IMG/VR virus record: IMGVR_UViG_3300032232_001415
Span: 1 to 64,000 of that record
Length of the DNA stretch: 64,000 nt
Origin: a virus
Lineage: Duplodnaviria > Caudoviricetes
Reading direction: 5' to 3' (one strand)
The notes under the pieces were generated by a model. The model was not told the origin of the DNA. It was given only the letters and a program-made list of their open reading frames with translations, and did no database searches. How positions within the stretch are numbered: position 1 is the stretch's first letter; every line of letters starts with the position of its first letter. Position numbers and translations under genes: made by a program. Below are positions 1 to 8,137 of the stretch, piece after piece.

Positions 1-93
1 TATGGTAAGAGAAATAATGCTGTATGGGTTGAGACTATGGATAGTGATAAGGTTGATTTGTTTAAGATCCAATTGAGTAGTTTGATTAAGTAA
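1..93 (+). CDS. 3' end of a gene entering the window (possibly rIIA by synteny)
   Basis: Frame 1 is open to TAA at 91-93 (YGKRNNAVW...LSSLIK*) and lies directly upstream of rIIB. The identity is only a positional guess. Confidence 0.4.
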   Translation, partial: YGKRNNAVWVETMDSDKVDLFKIQLSSLIK

Positions 94-129
94 TTCACAA
101 GGTAACTAAAAACAATAGGAGTTTATATT

Positions 130-990
130 ATGAGTGTTCCGTTTATGTTTGTCGATGGTAATCTGACGGTTGTGCTGAACAATAAGAGTTTTCAAGTTCT
201 GCCCGACCATCTTAACTACAAGATGATTCTAGAGGCATTGCCCTCTGCAACATCTGACGAGTTGCTTGAAATGATTGATATTGAGAAGGCAGTTGCTACT
301 TTTAGCGACGGTCTTGTTGAAATCAAGAATGGTCAGGTAACTTATGAGGGTGAGGTTGTTCATGGGTCGATTAGCAAGAGAATTCTGGAGTTTATGAGCA
401 AGGGTCTGCCTTTTCAGCCTCTTGTTAATTTCCTGAATAACCTGATGGAGAATCCTAGTATGCAGAGTCAAAAGGAACTGTATGATTTCCTTGAGCATGA
501 GCATCTGCCTATTACTGAGGATGGTTATTTCCTTGCTTATAAGGCAGTCAGAGCAGATTACATGGACAAATATCGCGGAGTATTTGATAATCATGTTGGT
601 AATGTTTGTGAAATGACCCGATCAAAGGTTGATGATGATCGTGGCCGAGGTTGTTCTAATGGGCTTCATGCTGGTGCATTGAATTATGTGGCCGGTTATG
701 GTAGTCTTGAAAATGGAGATAAGATCGTTATCGTTAAGATTAATCCTGCTGATGTTGTGAGTGTTCCTAGTGATTGTAACTATGAGAAACTTCGCACTTG
801 CCGATATGAAGTTGTCGGAGAGTATCAAGGCGAACTTCTCAAGCCTCTTTATTCATCTGTCTTTAGTGAGGATGATTACGAGGATGAGGATGAAGATTAT
901 GATAATGATTATGATTGGGGATGGAATGAGGATGATGACGAAGAGGCTTATGCTGAAGATGATGAGGAAGATTACGACGATTATAACTGA
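130..990 (+). CDS. rIIB: rIIB-like protein with acidic C-terminal tail
   Basis: Motifs ITEDGYFLAYKAV, CSNGLHAG and VKINPADVVSVPSD..KLRTCRYEVV are typical of T4 rIIB homologues. Confidence 0.85.
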   Translation: MSVPFMFVDGNLTVVLNNKSFQVLPDHLNYKMILEALPSATSDELLEMIDIEKAVATFSDGLVEIKNGQVTYEGEVVHGSISKRILEFMSKGLPFQPLVNFLNNLMENPSMQSQKELYDFLEHEHLPITEDGYFLAYKAVRADYMDKYRGVFDNHVGNVCEMTRSKVDDDRGRGCSNGLHAGALNYVAGYGSLENGDKIVIVKINPADVVSVPSDCNYEKLRTCRYEVVGEYQGELLKPLYSSVFSEDDYEDEDEDYDNDYDWGWNEDDDEEAYAEDDEEDYDDYN

Positions 991-1003
991 TTAATAAAAA
1001 TAA

Positions 1004-1089
1004 AGTGGAGTCTGGTGACTAAGATAATAGCCTCTGGTTGGGAAACTCAACAAACGCTATTTGAGAGAGGTTCAATTCCTCTCCCGCTA
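1004..1089 (+). ncRNA. tRNA-like structured element lacking an anticodon loop
   Basis: T-arm GAGAGG-TTCAATT-CCTCTC; D-like arm AGTC-TGGT-GACT; acceptor-like pairing 1004-1008/1084-1088; long central arm closed by a GAAA/AAA loop; no encoded CCA. Confidence 0.5.
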
Positions 1090-1093
1090 TTTT

Positions 1094-1130
1094 ATATCGC
1101 TAATGATAGTAGAGGTTGCTATCCCGATAT
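1094..1130 (+). other. Stem-loop in the leader of the primase-like gene
   Basis: ATATCG/CGATAT and GATAGTAG/TTGCTATC pairings. Confidence 0.5.
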
Positions 1131-1168
1131 TGGTTTGGGTTGTTTACAATTACAGGTAATGGTGAAAT

Positions 1169-2347
1169 ATGTTTAAGATGGAACTTGGTTTTAATCCGTA
1201 TGATAAGGCTAACAGCAATACTGGAAAGCGTCACGTTAATTCGTGGAGTAGACTACAGCAGCAGTTTCTAGATTCCTTTAATCTAAATGCTGGGCATATC
1301 TTTTGCTACAATGGAGATCCTCGTAGAAAGATTAGTAGTATGAAGCATACAAGTGATCTAAACGAGGTACATGACGCTAACGAGAATAGCAACTCTGATG
1401 CTTACTTCTACGTTAATGGAGGACGTAAACAGTATGCTATCAATACCATTGCTTGTTGCTTTGTTGATATTGATGCTGGTCGAGACTCTAACGGAAACTA
1501 TCTGCCCTCAAAAGAGGTTATGAAGTTTAAGCAGTCCTCTCTTGATAAGATCAATAATTTTCCTGTTAAGCCAAGTTGGGTAGTAGATACTCGTAACGGT
1601 TATCAGATTTATTGGATTATGGATGATCAAAGTCGAACTCTGATTAATCAAACCACATGGAATGGTATTCAGAAGAAACTGGTAAATTACTTTGGTGGAG
1701 ATGCACGAGCCATAAAGATCAATCAGATTTATCGAGTTCCTTATACTTGGTGGCGTAAGTGCTGGGAAAAGAAGGCGTCTTACTTTACCAGTATTCTAAA
1801 TGGCTCAACTGGTCAAAGCGTTAATGTTCAAGATTTAATCTCTGCATTAAATGGTCAACCAGCAACAGTAACTATTGTTCCTAACGCTACTAGTGATGCT
1901 TGGTTTGAACAGTGGAGAAAAACCTATAAGAAGTCTGATGCTAATGGGCTTCCTGTGACGGTTGATGCTGCTGCAAAGATTCTGAACGAACTTAATAGTC
2001 AAAGAGCAACCTATACAAATAGTAGTGCCGATTATTGTGGTCAAAAAAACTCTATGAGTAGTGCTTGGGCGTCTTATAATCAGACTCCAGATAGTTATAA
2101 TGAGGATCTTTCAAAAACTTACAACAACAAGTACGAAAAGGCTTATGGTGATCCGTCGCCAGTGTTGCCTTCTCATGCTGGTGACAGTGGTTTAGTTTTG
2201 AGTGGGGAGCAGGCCAAACTTTTAAAAACGGTGGTCGAGTACCTCAACCAAGCATCCACAGCGTTGTATTTCAGCAACAACCGATTTCTTTCTGGTGCTG
2301 CCAGAGACTTGGCAAGCCAGATTAGCGATAAGTTTTGTGTTGGTTGA
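1169..2347 (+). CDS. RepB-type (AEP superfamily) DNA primase-like protein
   Basis: CFVDID (DxD), PSWVVDTRNGYQIYW and D..I.QIYRVP match the RepB primase pattern. The usual His of GxHxYW is Gln here. Confidence 0.65.
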   Translation: MFKMELGFNPYDKANSNTGKRHVNSWSRLQQQFLDSFNLNAGHIFCYNGDPRRKISSMKHTSDLNEVHDANENSNSDAYFYVNGGRKQYAINTIACCFVDIDAGRDSNGNYLPSKEVMKFKQSSLDKINNFPVKPSWVVDTRNGYQIYWIMDDQSRTLINQTTWNGIQKKLVNYFGGDARAIKINQIYRVPYTWWRKCWEKKASYFTSILNGSTGQSVNVQDLISALNGQPATVTIVPNATSDAWFEQWRKTYKKSDANGLPVTVDAAAKILNELNSQRATYTNSSADYCGQKNSMSSAWASYNQTPDSYNEDLSKTYNNKYEKAYGDPSPVLPSHAGDSGLVLSGEQAKLLKTVVEYLNQASTALYFSNNRFLSGAARDLASQISDKFCVG

Positions 2348-2353
2348 TTAAAA

Positions 2354-2399
2354 CCGGATCAGTCGGGGGATGCTTGTTGTGTCCCCCGATTGTTTCTGG
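2354..2399 (+). terminator. Strong GC-rich hairpin (terminator or processing/initiation signal)
   Basis: CAGTCGGGGGATGC pairs with GTGTCCCCCGATTG, extended by CCGGA/TCTGG. The T tail is short. Confidence 0.6.
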
Positions 2400-2416
2400 A
2401 CTAGGAGGAATAAATT

Positions 2417-2689
2417 ATGGGAAGACACACAAATAAACTATTACAGCATTTACTAGATAATGAATCTTCTAGAAAATATTTTATCGCATTAGTTCAAAAA
2501 ACCAGTAACAATTGGGACGTGGCTAAACTTCTGCAAGAAGGCAAGTTTGAGAACATAAAATGGTATGTTAGTGGTCAAACAGTTGGTAATATTATGAAAC
2601 GATTAGGGTATGAAGGTAAGCGTGGACGTAAACCAACTCGACCTCATGTAATTGATAATACTGGACCAAGATGGTCTGAAAGAGTTTAG
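2417..2689 (+). CDS. Small basic protein, possibly DNA-binding
   Basis: AGGAGG RBS; helix-turn-helix-like segment and an AT-hook-like KRGRKP. Confidence 0.5.
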   Translation: MGRHTNKLLQHLLDNESSRKYFIALVQKTSNNWDVAKLLQEGKFENIKWYVSGQTVGNIMKRLGYEGKRGRKPTRPHVIDNTGPRWSERV

Positions 2690-2696
2690 GTAAATT

Positions 2697-3110
2697 ATGA
2701 ATAATCAAGAATATCCAGAAGATAATGATCCTTACAAGTTCTACTTTCAGATAGATACTGAATGGGTCAAGAAATATATGGATAGTCTGATTAATAAGAT
2801 AGAATATAAATGGATAAGTAAGGAGGCTATAGAAGATGCGTTGAAGAACCTATCTAACTATAATACTCCGTTACTTCCAGATGGATTTTCTCCGATTGCG
2901 TTACCTGTGAATAGTTCGTTCTCCAGTACAGCGGACGATAAAAAGTCCCTGTACTTGGGGAACAACTATTGGAACGAAGGAATGTGGAAAATAAAATACT
3001 TTATATATAATAAACTCCAAAAAGAATACGAACTACATTTACAGGCTCATGCTAAACATGTGGTTAGTCAGCCAAGATATTATGAATCTTTATTTGAAAT
3101 ACTTAATTAG
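2697..3110 (+). CDS. Hypothetical protein
   Basis: Tightly packed ORF with RBS-like AGGT. Confidence 0.6.
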   Translation: MNNQEYPEDNDPYKFYFQIDTEWVKKYMDSLINKIEYKWISKEAIEDALKNLSNYNTPLLPDGFSPIALPVNSSFSSTADDKKSLYLGNNYWNEGMWKIKYFIYNKLQKEYELHLQAHAKHVVSQPRYYESLFEILN

Positions 3111-3118
3111 GAAAATTT

Positions 3119-3547
3119 ATGAAGAAGAATAATAGTGATGACTGGTTTATAATTAAAGATTTTGATGGATTCGTAGAAGCCACAAGAGCATTAGTCTTTA
3201 ATTCTTTTGGTGCAGAAATCGAGGAGAAAGACGATTTTATTGTGTCTGTAACAGATAAAGATAAACAAGAACTAGATAAGATATTATCCTATGATGAGTC
3301 ATTTGCTATAATAGTAGGTTTTCTAAAAAAAGAAAAAAATAAAACTACTTCTAAAATAAGATATCTAGTAAACGATGATGCTTATATGAAGATAGTATAT
3401 TCTTTAAATGATAGAATGACTAGCAATATATTAAATGGATTAGTTAACAAAGGATTAGTTGAAACGGCGTATGATTCTGAATCTAACGACTTTATTTTTT
3501 GGGTGAAAGATGATAACAAAAAAGAAGAAAAACCAGAAACCGACTGA
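3119..3547 (+). CDS. Hypothetical protein (possible C-terminal winged helix)
   Basis: ILNGLVNKGLVETAYD resembles a wHTH recognition helix and wing. Confidence 0.55.
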   Translation: MKKNNSDDWFIIKDFDGFVEATRALVFNSFGAEIEEKDDFIVSVTDKDKQELDKILSYDESFAIIVGFLKKEKNKTTSKIRYLVNDDAYMKIVYSLNDRMTSNILNGLVNKGLVETAYDSESNDFIFWVKDDNKKEEKPETD

Positions 3548-3926
3548 GATAAGTGCATCTTTCAAATATACTTGTCCAAATACTGATTGTGGATTTAACT
3601 ATTGGTTATTTTTGAGAGAAGTTCAAACTAAAAACTTCAAAATAGTATGTGATTGCGGAACTATTTTTAAGCCTAAATTAATTAAAAAAATAAAGATAGT
3701 CTACCATGCCTCCGATCCAGTTAAAGAAACACTGGACAAAGCAGAAACGTCTGATAAAATAAGAACCAGCCAAGCCCTAATAAATAGTGCAATAAATACT
3801 ATGGTGGGTTTGGGATACAAAAAACAAGAAGCAAAAGTTTGTATTGAATTAGTGTGTGAATCTGAGATATTTGTTGATCATTTTTTAATTGTTAAAAAAG
3901 CTATATCAAAAATTGGAGGACTATAA
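3510..3926 (+). CDS. Zn-ribbon plus RuvA C-terminal (domain III)-like protein
   Basis: CPNTDC...CDCG, followed by SAINTMVGLGYKKQEAK...IVKKAISKI, which resembles RuvA domain III (A..AL..LGY...EA). Abuts ruvB. Confidence 0.6.
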   Translation: MITKKKKNQKPTEISASFKYTCPNTDCGFNYWLFLREVQTKNFKIVCDCGTIFKPKLIKKIKIVYHASDPVKETLDKAETSDKIRTSQALINSAINTMVGLGYKKQEAKVCIELVCESEIFVDHFLIVKKAISKIGGL

Positions 3927-4831
3927 TGTCTAAGGCTATGCGACCATCATCATTTGATGAAATTATTGGGCAGGATACTGTGATTAAGCGTTTGCGTGTT
4001 TCTGTGGCGGGTTGTAAAAACAGTGGTGGGTCGATGCCTCACGTTTTAATAGACGGCCCTCCTGGCCTTGGAAAGACTACCATAGCAAGTGCCATAGCAA
4101 ACGAGTTGGGAGTGAACCTATACACAACAAACGCAGCGACCATACGAAGTGTAAAAAATATTATGCCATATATTATGGGAATGTCTCCAAGATCAGTTTT
4201 GTTTATTGATGAAATTCACAGATTGCCTAAGATTGTGGAAGAATTTTTATATCCGGTCATGGAAGATTTTGTTCTTAATATCACTGTAAAAGATGATGAA
4301 GATAAAGAGAAACCAGAAAGTATTGATTTGCCAGTATTCACAGTTGTTGGTGCTACAACTAGTGGTGGAAGTTTAAGTCAACCATTTTATGATCGTTTTA
4401 CAATTAAAGAACATCTTTCTTTTTATGATGAGAATGATCTAGCTAAACTAGCAAGGTTGAATTGCGATAAATTAGGAATAGTCATAGATGATTCAGACCT
4501 TTTGGAAGTAGCAAAAAGAAGCAAGGGAACTCCTAGAATTCTTAATGCTAGATTACAATGGTACAAGAACTATAAGTCTTGTTATAATGACAATACAAGT
4601 ATTAATGATATTTTTAATGTTCAGGGAATAGATGAGAATGGATTTGATGTGTATGATAGGATGTACTTAAATATCCTAAAAAAATCTAAAGGCACTCCTC
4701 TTGGTCTAAAATCAATTTCATCAATGACAGGCATCGCTATTGATACTATAGAGAATAGTATTGAGCCATATCTGGCAAGAAAAGGTTATATTCTTAGAAC
4801 TCAAAAGGGGCGAATTATAGGAGACATATGA
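3926..4831 (+). CDS. ruvB: Holliday junction branch-migration AAA+ ATPase RuvB
   Basis: MRPSSFDEIIGQ, GPPGLGKTT, LFIDEIHRL, YPVMEDF, GATT, SKGTPR, IEPYL..GYILRTQKGR. Confidence 0.95.
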   Translation: MSKAMRPSSFDEIIGQDTVIKRLRVSVAGCKNSGGSMPHVLIDGPPGLGKTTIASAIANELGVNLYTTNAATIRSVKNIMPYIMGMSPRSVLFIDEIHRLPKIVEEFLYPVMEDFVLNITVKDDEDKEKPESIDLPVFTVVGATTSGGSLSQPFYDRFTIKEHLSFYDENDLAKLARLNCDKLGIVIDDSDLLEVAKRSKGTPRILNARLQWYKNYKSCYNDNTSINDIFNVQGIDENGFDVYDRMYLNILKKSKGTPLGLKSISSMTGIAIDTIENSIEPYLARKGYILRTQKGRIIGDI

Positions 4832-5154
4832 AAATATTTGGTATAGATCTTAATGTTAAGTCTAAATTTTTTAGATTTGCAACAAGATCACCCAAATGGT
4901 CTACTATAAGAAAAATTCACCTTAAAGATAACCCAAGATGTGCTGCTTGTGGGAGAGATTCCAAATTAGAAGTTCATCATATAGAACCAGTTCATAAAAA
5001 TCCAGATAGAGAATTAGACCCATCTAATTTGATTACATTATGCGATAATCCATGTCACATAGTATTTGGACATCTACTGAACTATAAGAGTTGGAACTCT
5101 GATGTTGTTGAAAATTGTAAACAATATTTAGAAAAAATAAAAAATAGACCATAA
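4828..5154 (+). CDS. HNH endonuclease
   Basis: CAACG..LEVHHI.P...NLITLC...CH. Confidence 0.85.
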   Translation: MKIFGIDLNVKSKFFRFATRSPKWSTIRKIHLKDNPRCAACGRDSKLEVHHIEPVHKNPDRELDPSNLITLCDNPCHIVFGHLLNYKSWNSDVVENCKQYLEKIKNRP

Positions 5155-5158
5155 TATT

Positions 5159-5184
5159 AAGGGACTTTTGTCCCTTTTTTATTT
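5159..5184 (+). terminator. Rho-independent terminator
   Basis: AAGGGAC-TTTT-GTCCCTT followed by a T run. Confidence 0.85.
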
Positions 5185-5191
5185 ATATGGT

Positions 5192-5197
5192 GGTGTA
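5192..5197 (+). promoter_or_regulatory. GGTGTA putative phage-specific promoter motif
   Basis: Directly after a terminator and ~20 nt before an RBS/ATG. Recurs at 6559, 12164 and 24421, and on the minus strand at 45930-45935. Confidence 0.45.
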
Positions 5198-5216
5198 CCT
5201 TATCATAGAGGAAACT

Positions 5217-5531
5217 ATGGAAGATACTATACATATTATATTGATTATATTAATACTATTGAATATAGTATTTTTCTTTTTAGGATATATCATTGGTAAA
5301 TTAACTAATAGTCAGACAACTATTGAGAGTCAGCCAAATTCATTTTTCAAAAAAGATATTAAAGAAAAAAAAGATAAGATAAAAACTAAATTGATAATAG
5401 ATGAAAGTAAATACGTGACTGATATTAAAACTTCTGATATGGAAAAAAAATACGAGAATCTTGGTGAAACAAAAAAAACTAATGAAAATATAGAGTCATC
5501 AATTAACAAACTCAAAAATTTAAAAGGGTAA
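5217..5531 (+). CDS. Single-pass membrane protein with charged cytoplasmic tail
   Basis: Hydrophobic N-terminal helix IHIILIILILLNIVFFFLGYIIG. Start set at ATG 5217 after GAGG. Confidence 0.7.
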   Translation: MEDTIHIILIILILLNIVFFFLGYIIGKLTNSQTTIESQPNSFFKKDIKEKKDKIKTKLIIDESKYVTDIKTSDMEKKYENLGETKKTNENIESSINKLKNLKG

Positions 5532-5535
5532 TATC

Positions 5536-6537
5536 ATGGGTAAAGGATTGGATGTGGGCACAAGTTTTATAGTATTATCTCAAGATTCATCTGATGGAGT
5601 AGTTTATAAAGATTTTAGAGATGCGTTTTATATAATAAAACCTACAACACCAGTAGCTACAAAAATGATTGAGAAAGGATTATCTGGAAAAATATTCATA
5701 AAGGATACTGATGGATCTTTTGTAATACTAGGAAAAGATGCTATTGAAAAAGCAATCGAGAGAAATGATAATGCCAAAAGACCCATGAGCAAAGGGGTTG
5801 TATCCGCCAAAGAAAAGGACGCAAAGCGTGTTCTAGCCTTTATTTTAAAAGAAGTGGCCGGTCAGGCATCAGAACAAAATGAGAAACTCGTATTCTGTGT
5901 TCCTGCACAACCAGTTGATCAAGAAGATGAAGACTTTGATGTTGGATACCATGAAGATGTAGTAAAATCTATTTTAGCAGAATGTGGTTATGATGCTAAG
6001 GCTATTAACGAAGCAGAAGCATTGTGTTATGCAGAACTAGGAGATGAGGATTATACTGGTATAGCAATATCATGTGGGGCCGGAATGACTAATGTTTGCG
6101 TAATGTTAAATGGAGAACCAACTGTAGTATTTAGCACAACTAAATCTGGTGATTGGGTTGATCGTATGAGTGCGGTAGCCACTGGAGAAAAAGATAGTGT
6201 TGTTCAAGCAGAAAAAGAAGGTGGTGGATTTACTATTGGAGAAAGTAATGAAAATCCGGTTTTATCTGCGGTTTCTTCGTATTATGAAAGATTAATTGAC
6301 TATACCACAAAACAGTTAGCATTTGCATTATCTAGTCATAAATCTTTACCAAAATTTAAAAATCCACTAACAATAGTTGTTGCTGGAGGAACGTCTCAGG
6401 CAAAAGGATATATTGATATTTTTACTAAAAAATTATCAGAAAATAACTTTCCTTTACCTGTCAAAATTGTTAAACACGCTAATGATCCACTACATGCGGT
6501 TTCAAAAGGGTGCTTGATAGCAGCAAAAGTTCTTTAA
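5536..6537 (+). CDS. Actin-fold ATPase (MreB/MamK superfamily, volactin-like)
   Basis: Phosphate-1 GLDVGTS, connect-1 INEAEA, phosphate-2 ISCGAGMTN, adenosine VVAGGTS, connect-2 PLHAVSKG. Confidence 0.85.
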   Translation: MGKGLDVGTSFIVLSQDSSDGVVYKDFRDAFYIIKPTTPVATKMIEKGLSGKIFIKDTDGSFVILGKDAIEKAIERNDNAKRPMSKGVVSAKEKDAKRVLAFILKEVAGQASEQNEKLVFCVPAQPVDQEDEDFDVGYHEDVVKSILAECGYDAKAINEAEALCYAELGDEDYTGIAISCGAGMTNVCVMLNGEPTVVFSTTKSGDWVDRMSAVATGEKDSVVQAEKEGGGFTIGESNENPVLSAVSSYYERLIDYTTKQLAFALSSHKSLPKFKNPLTIVVAGGTSQAKGYIDIFTKKLSENNFPLPVKIVKHANDPLHAVSKGCLIAAKVL

Positions 6538-6558
6538 ATCCAATAGTCAGCCATATAT

Positions 6559-6564
6559 GGTGTA
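6559..6564 (+). promoter_or_regulatory. GGTGTA putative phage promoter motif
   Basis: Intergenic, upstream of the GGAGG RBS of the protease gene. Confidence 0.45.
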
Positions 6565-6597
6565 CTAATAATAGCTATTTTATTATTGGAGGTCCAT

Positions 6598-7344
6598 ATG
6601 CTAAAGGACAAAAAGAATATAGTTGTGCTATTACTTATACTGTTAGCAGCATCAGTTTATGGTGGAACTAGAGATCCAGACACATCTGATGAAAAATATA
6701 CAGAATTTGGTAAAAAATTTATATACATATATAAAATATGCGGAACATATGAAAATAATGAAAACTTTTGTGCTTCAGCTGTTGCTATAGACAAAAATCA
6801 TTTATTAACAGCGGCTCATGTTGTTACCGGATCAAGGATATGCAAAATAATAGAAGATGAAAATATATATATAGTAAATAAAATAGTATGTCATAAAGAT
6901 TTTAAGAAAGAAAATTTTGGTTTCTACGATATAGCAATACTGAGAGTAGAAGAAAATTTAAAAATAGATGGATTCCCTGAACTTTATACTGATTCAGATG
7001 AATTAAATAAACAATGCACAATATCTGGATATGGAATTACTGGAACATTTGAAACTGGAATAATTACATCAGATGGCAAAAGAAGAGCAGGGTCAAATAC
7101 TATAGATAAAATAGAGAACGATTTACTAATATGCTCTCCTTCAAAAGAAAATAAAACTAAATTAGAATTCCTGATAGGGAGCGGAGATAGCGGTGGTGGG
7201 CTTTTTATAGGAAATAAACTAGCCGGAATAAATTCTTGTGTTATGACAATGGATAAAAAAACAAATTCAGATTACGGAGACGAAAGTGGCCATACAAGGA
7301 TAAGTAATCACTATGAATGGATAATAGGTCAACTGCATGAATAG
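6598..7344 (+). CDS. Secreted trypsin-like (S1) serine protease
   Basis: Signal peptide; LTAAHV, DIAIL and GDSGGG triad intact. Start ATG 6598 after GGAGG. Confidence 0.9.
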   Translation: MLKDKKNIVVLLLILLAASVYGGTRDPDTSDEKYTEFGKKFIYIYKICGTYENNENFCASAVAIDKNHLLTAAHVVTGSRICKIIEDENIYIVNKIVCHKDFKKENFGFYDIAILRVEENLKIDGFPELYTDSDELNKQCTISGYGITGTFETGIITSDGKRRAGSNTIDKIENDLLICSPSKENKTKLEFLIGSGDSGGGLFIGNKLAGINSCVMTMDKKTNSDYGDESGHTRISNHYEWIIGQLHE

Positions 7345-7419
7345 TATTATCTACCCAGCTGCATAAGTTATAATATGTTTTTCATTACAAGTCAAGTATA
7401 AAACTTTTTAAATACAGTC

Positions 7420-7447
7420 TTGACCGAGCCAACTGGTCGCGTATAAT
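7420..7447 (+). promoter_or_regulatory. Sigma70-type promoter
   Basis: TTGACC-N16-TATAAT followed by an AGGAGG RBS. Confidence 0.7.
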
Positions 7448-7472
7448 GAGTAGGAGGTTGTGAGAAAAAAAA

Positions 7473-7664
7473 ATGAGCAATGAAGATCAAGAAAATCGAA
7501 AAGAAGTAAGAAGAAATAATTTCAATAAAAAGAAATGCTTGGATAAGTCCAATAGTGAATTTGAATCTAAAGATATTAATAAAATGAGAAAACAGTTCAA
7601 AACAAAAAAAGAATATCTTAGACAAGAAGAGCTATGGGAAGAATGGCAAGATGAAATACATTGA
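7473..7664 (+). CDS. Small charged hypothetical protein
   Basis: First ORF after the promoter; overlaps the next ORF. Confidence 0.6.
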   Translation: MSNEDQENRKEVRRNNFNKKKCLDKSNSEFESKDINKMRKQFKTKKEYLRQEELWEEWQDEIH

Positions 7665-7899
7665 AGAGTTATCAATTGGATGTTTCTTTATCCATAGAAG
7701 TGAATCTTTTATATTGACAGCGGATTTTAGACAGAACAAAAACAGTAAAAAATACATGTGTATTAATATTGATAATGGAATGTCTAGATGGCTAAATGCA
7801 GACGATCCTGTTGATTTGCTTGATCTCTACAAAAGAGACAAAGAAGGAAACATACTTCCGCTTAAAGAATATATAGATGAATATAAAAAATTTGCATAA
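7651..7899 (+). CDS. Hypothetical protein
   Basis: Packed ORF; the N-terminus (EELSIGCFF) loosely resembles 61900..62085. Confidence 0.6.
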   Translation: MKYIEELSIGCFFIHRSESFILTADFRQNKNSKKYMCINIDNGMSRWLNADDPVDLLDLYKRDKEGNILPLKEYIDEYKKFA

Positions 7900-8137
7900 A
7901 ATTAAAACCTTTATTAAGTCTTTATTTTTTCATATTTACTCAGGATTTCCAAAGAGCACTAAAGAAGAAATAAATTATAGATATAATATTTGCTTGAATT
8001 GTGATATGTATAGCGAAAAAATGTCTCAGTGTATGGTTTGCGGATGTAATATTAACAATAAAAAAATATTCATGAATAAACTAGCCTGGGCCGATCAAGA
8101 ATGCCCAAATGGTAAATGGTCAAAAATATCGAGGTAA
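7877..8137 (+). CDS. Small Cys-rich putative Zn-binding protein
   Basis: R..ICLNC...QCMVCGC...K......CPNGKW, a pattern common in phages. Confidence 0.65.
   Translation: MNIKNLHKIKTFIKSLFFHIYSGFPKSTKEEINYRYNICLNCDMYSEKMSQCMVCGCNINNKKIFMNKLAWADQECPNGKWSKISR

Noticed and set aside
1004-1089. Canonical tRNA gene
   Set aside because: No 7-nt anticodon loop, a short acceptor stem and no CCA. Kept only as a tRNA-like element.
3733-3760. Possible internal promoter TGGACA-N16-TAAAAT upstream of ruvB (similarly TTGCCT-N17-TACTAT at 50585-50613)
   Set aside because: Imperfect matches inside ORFs of an AT-rich genome, too likely to occur by chance.
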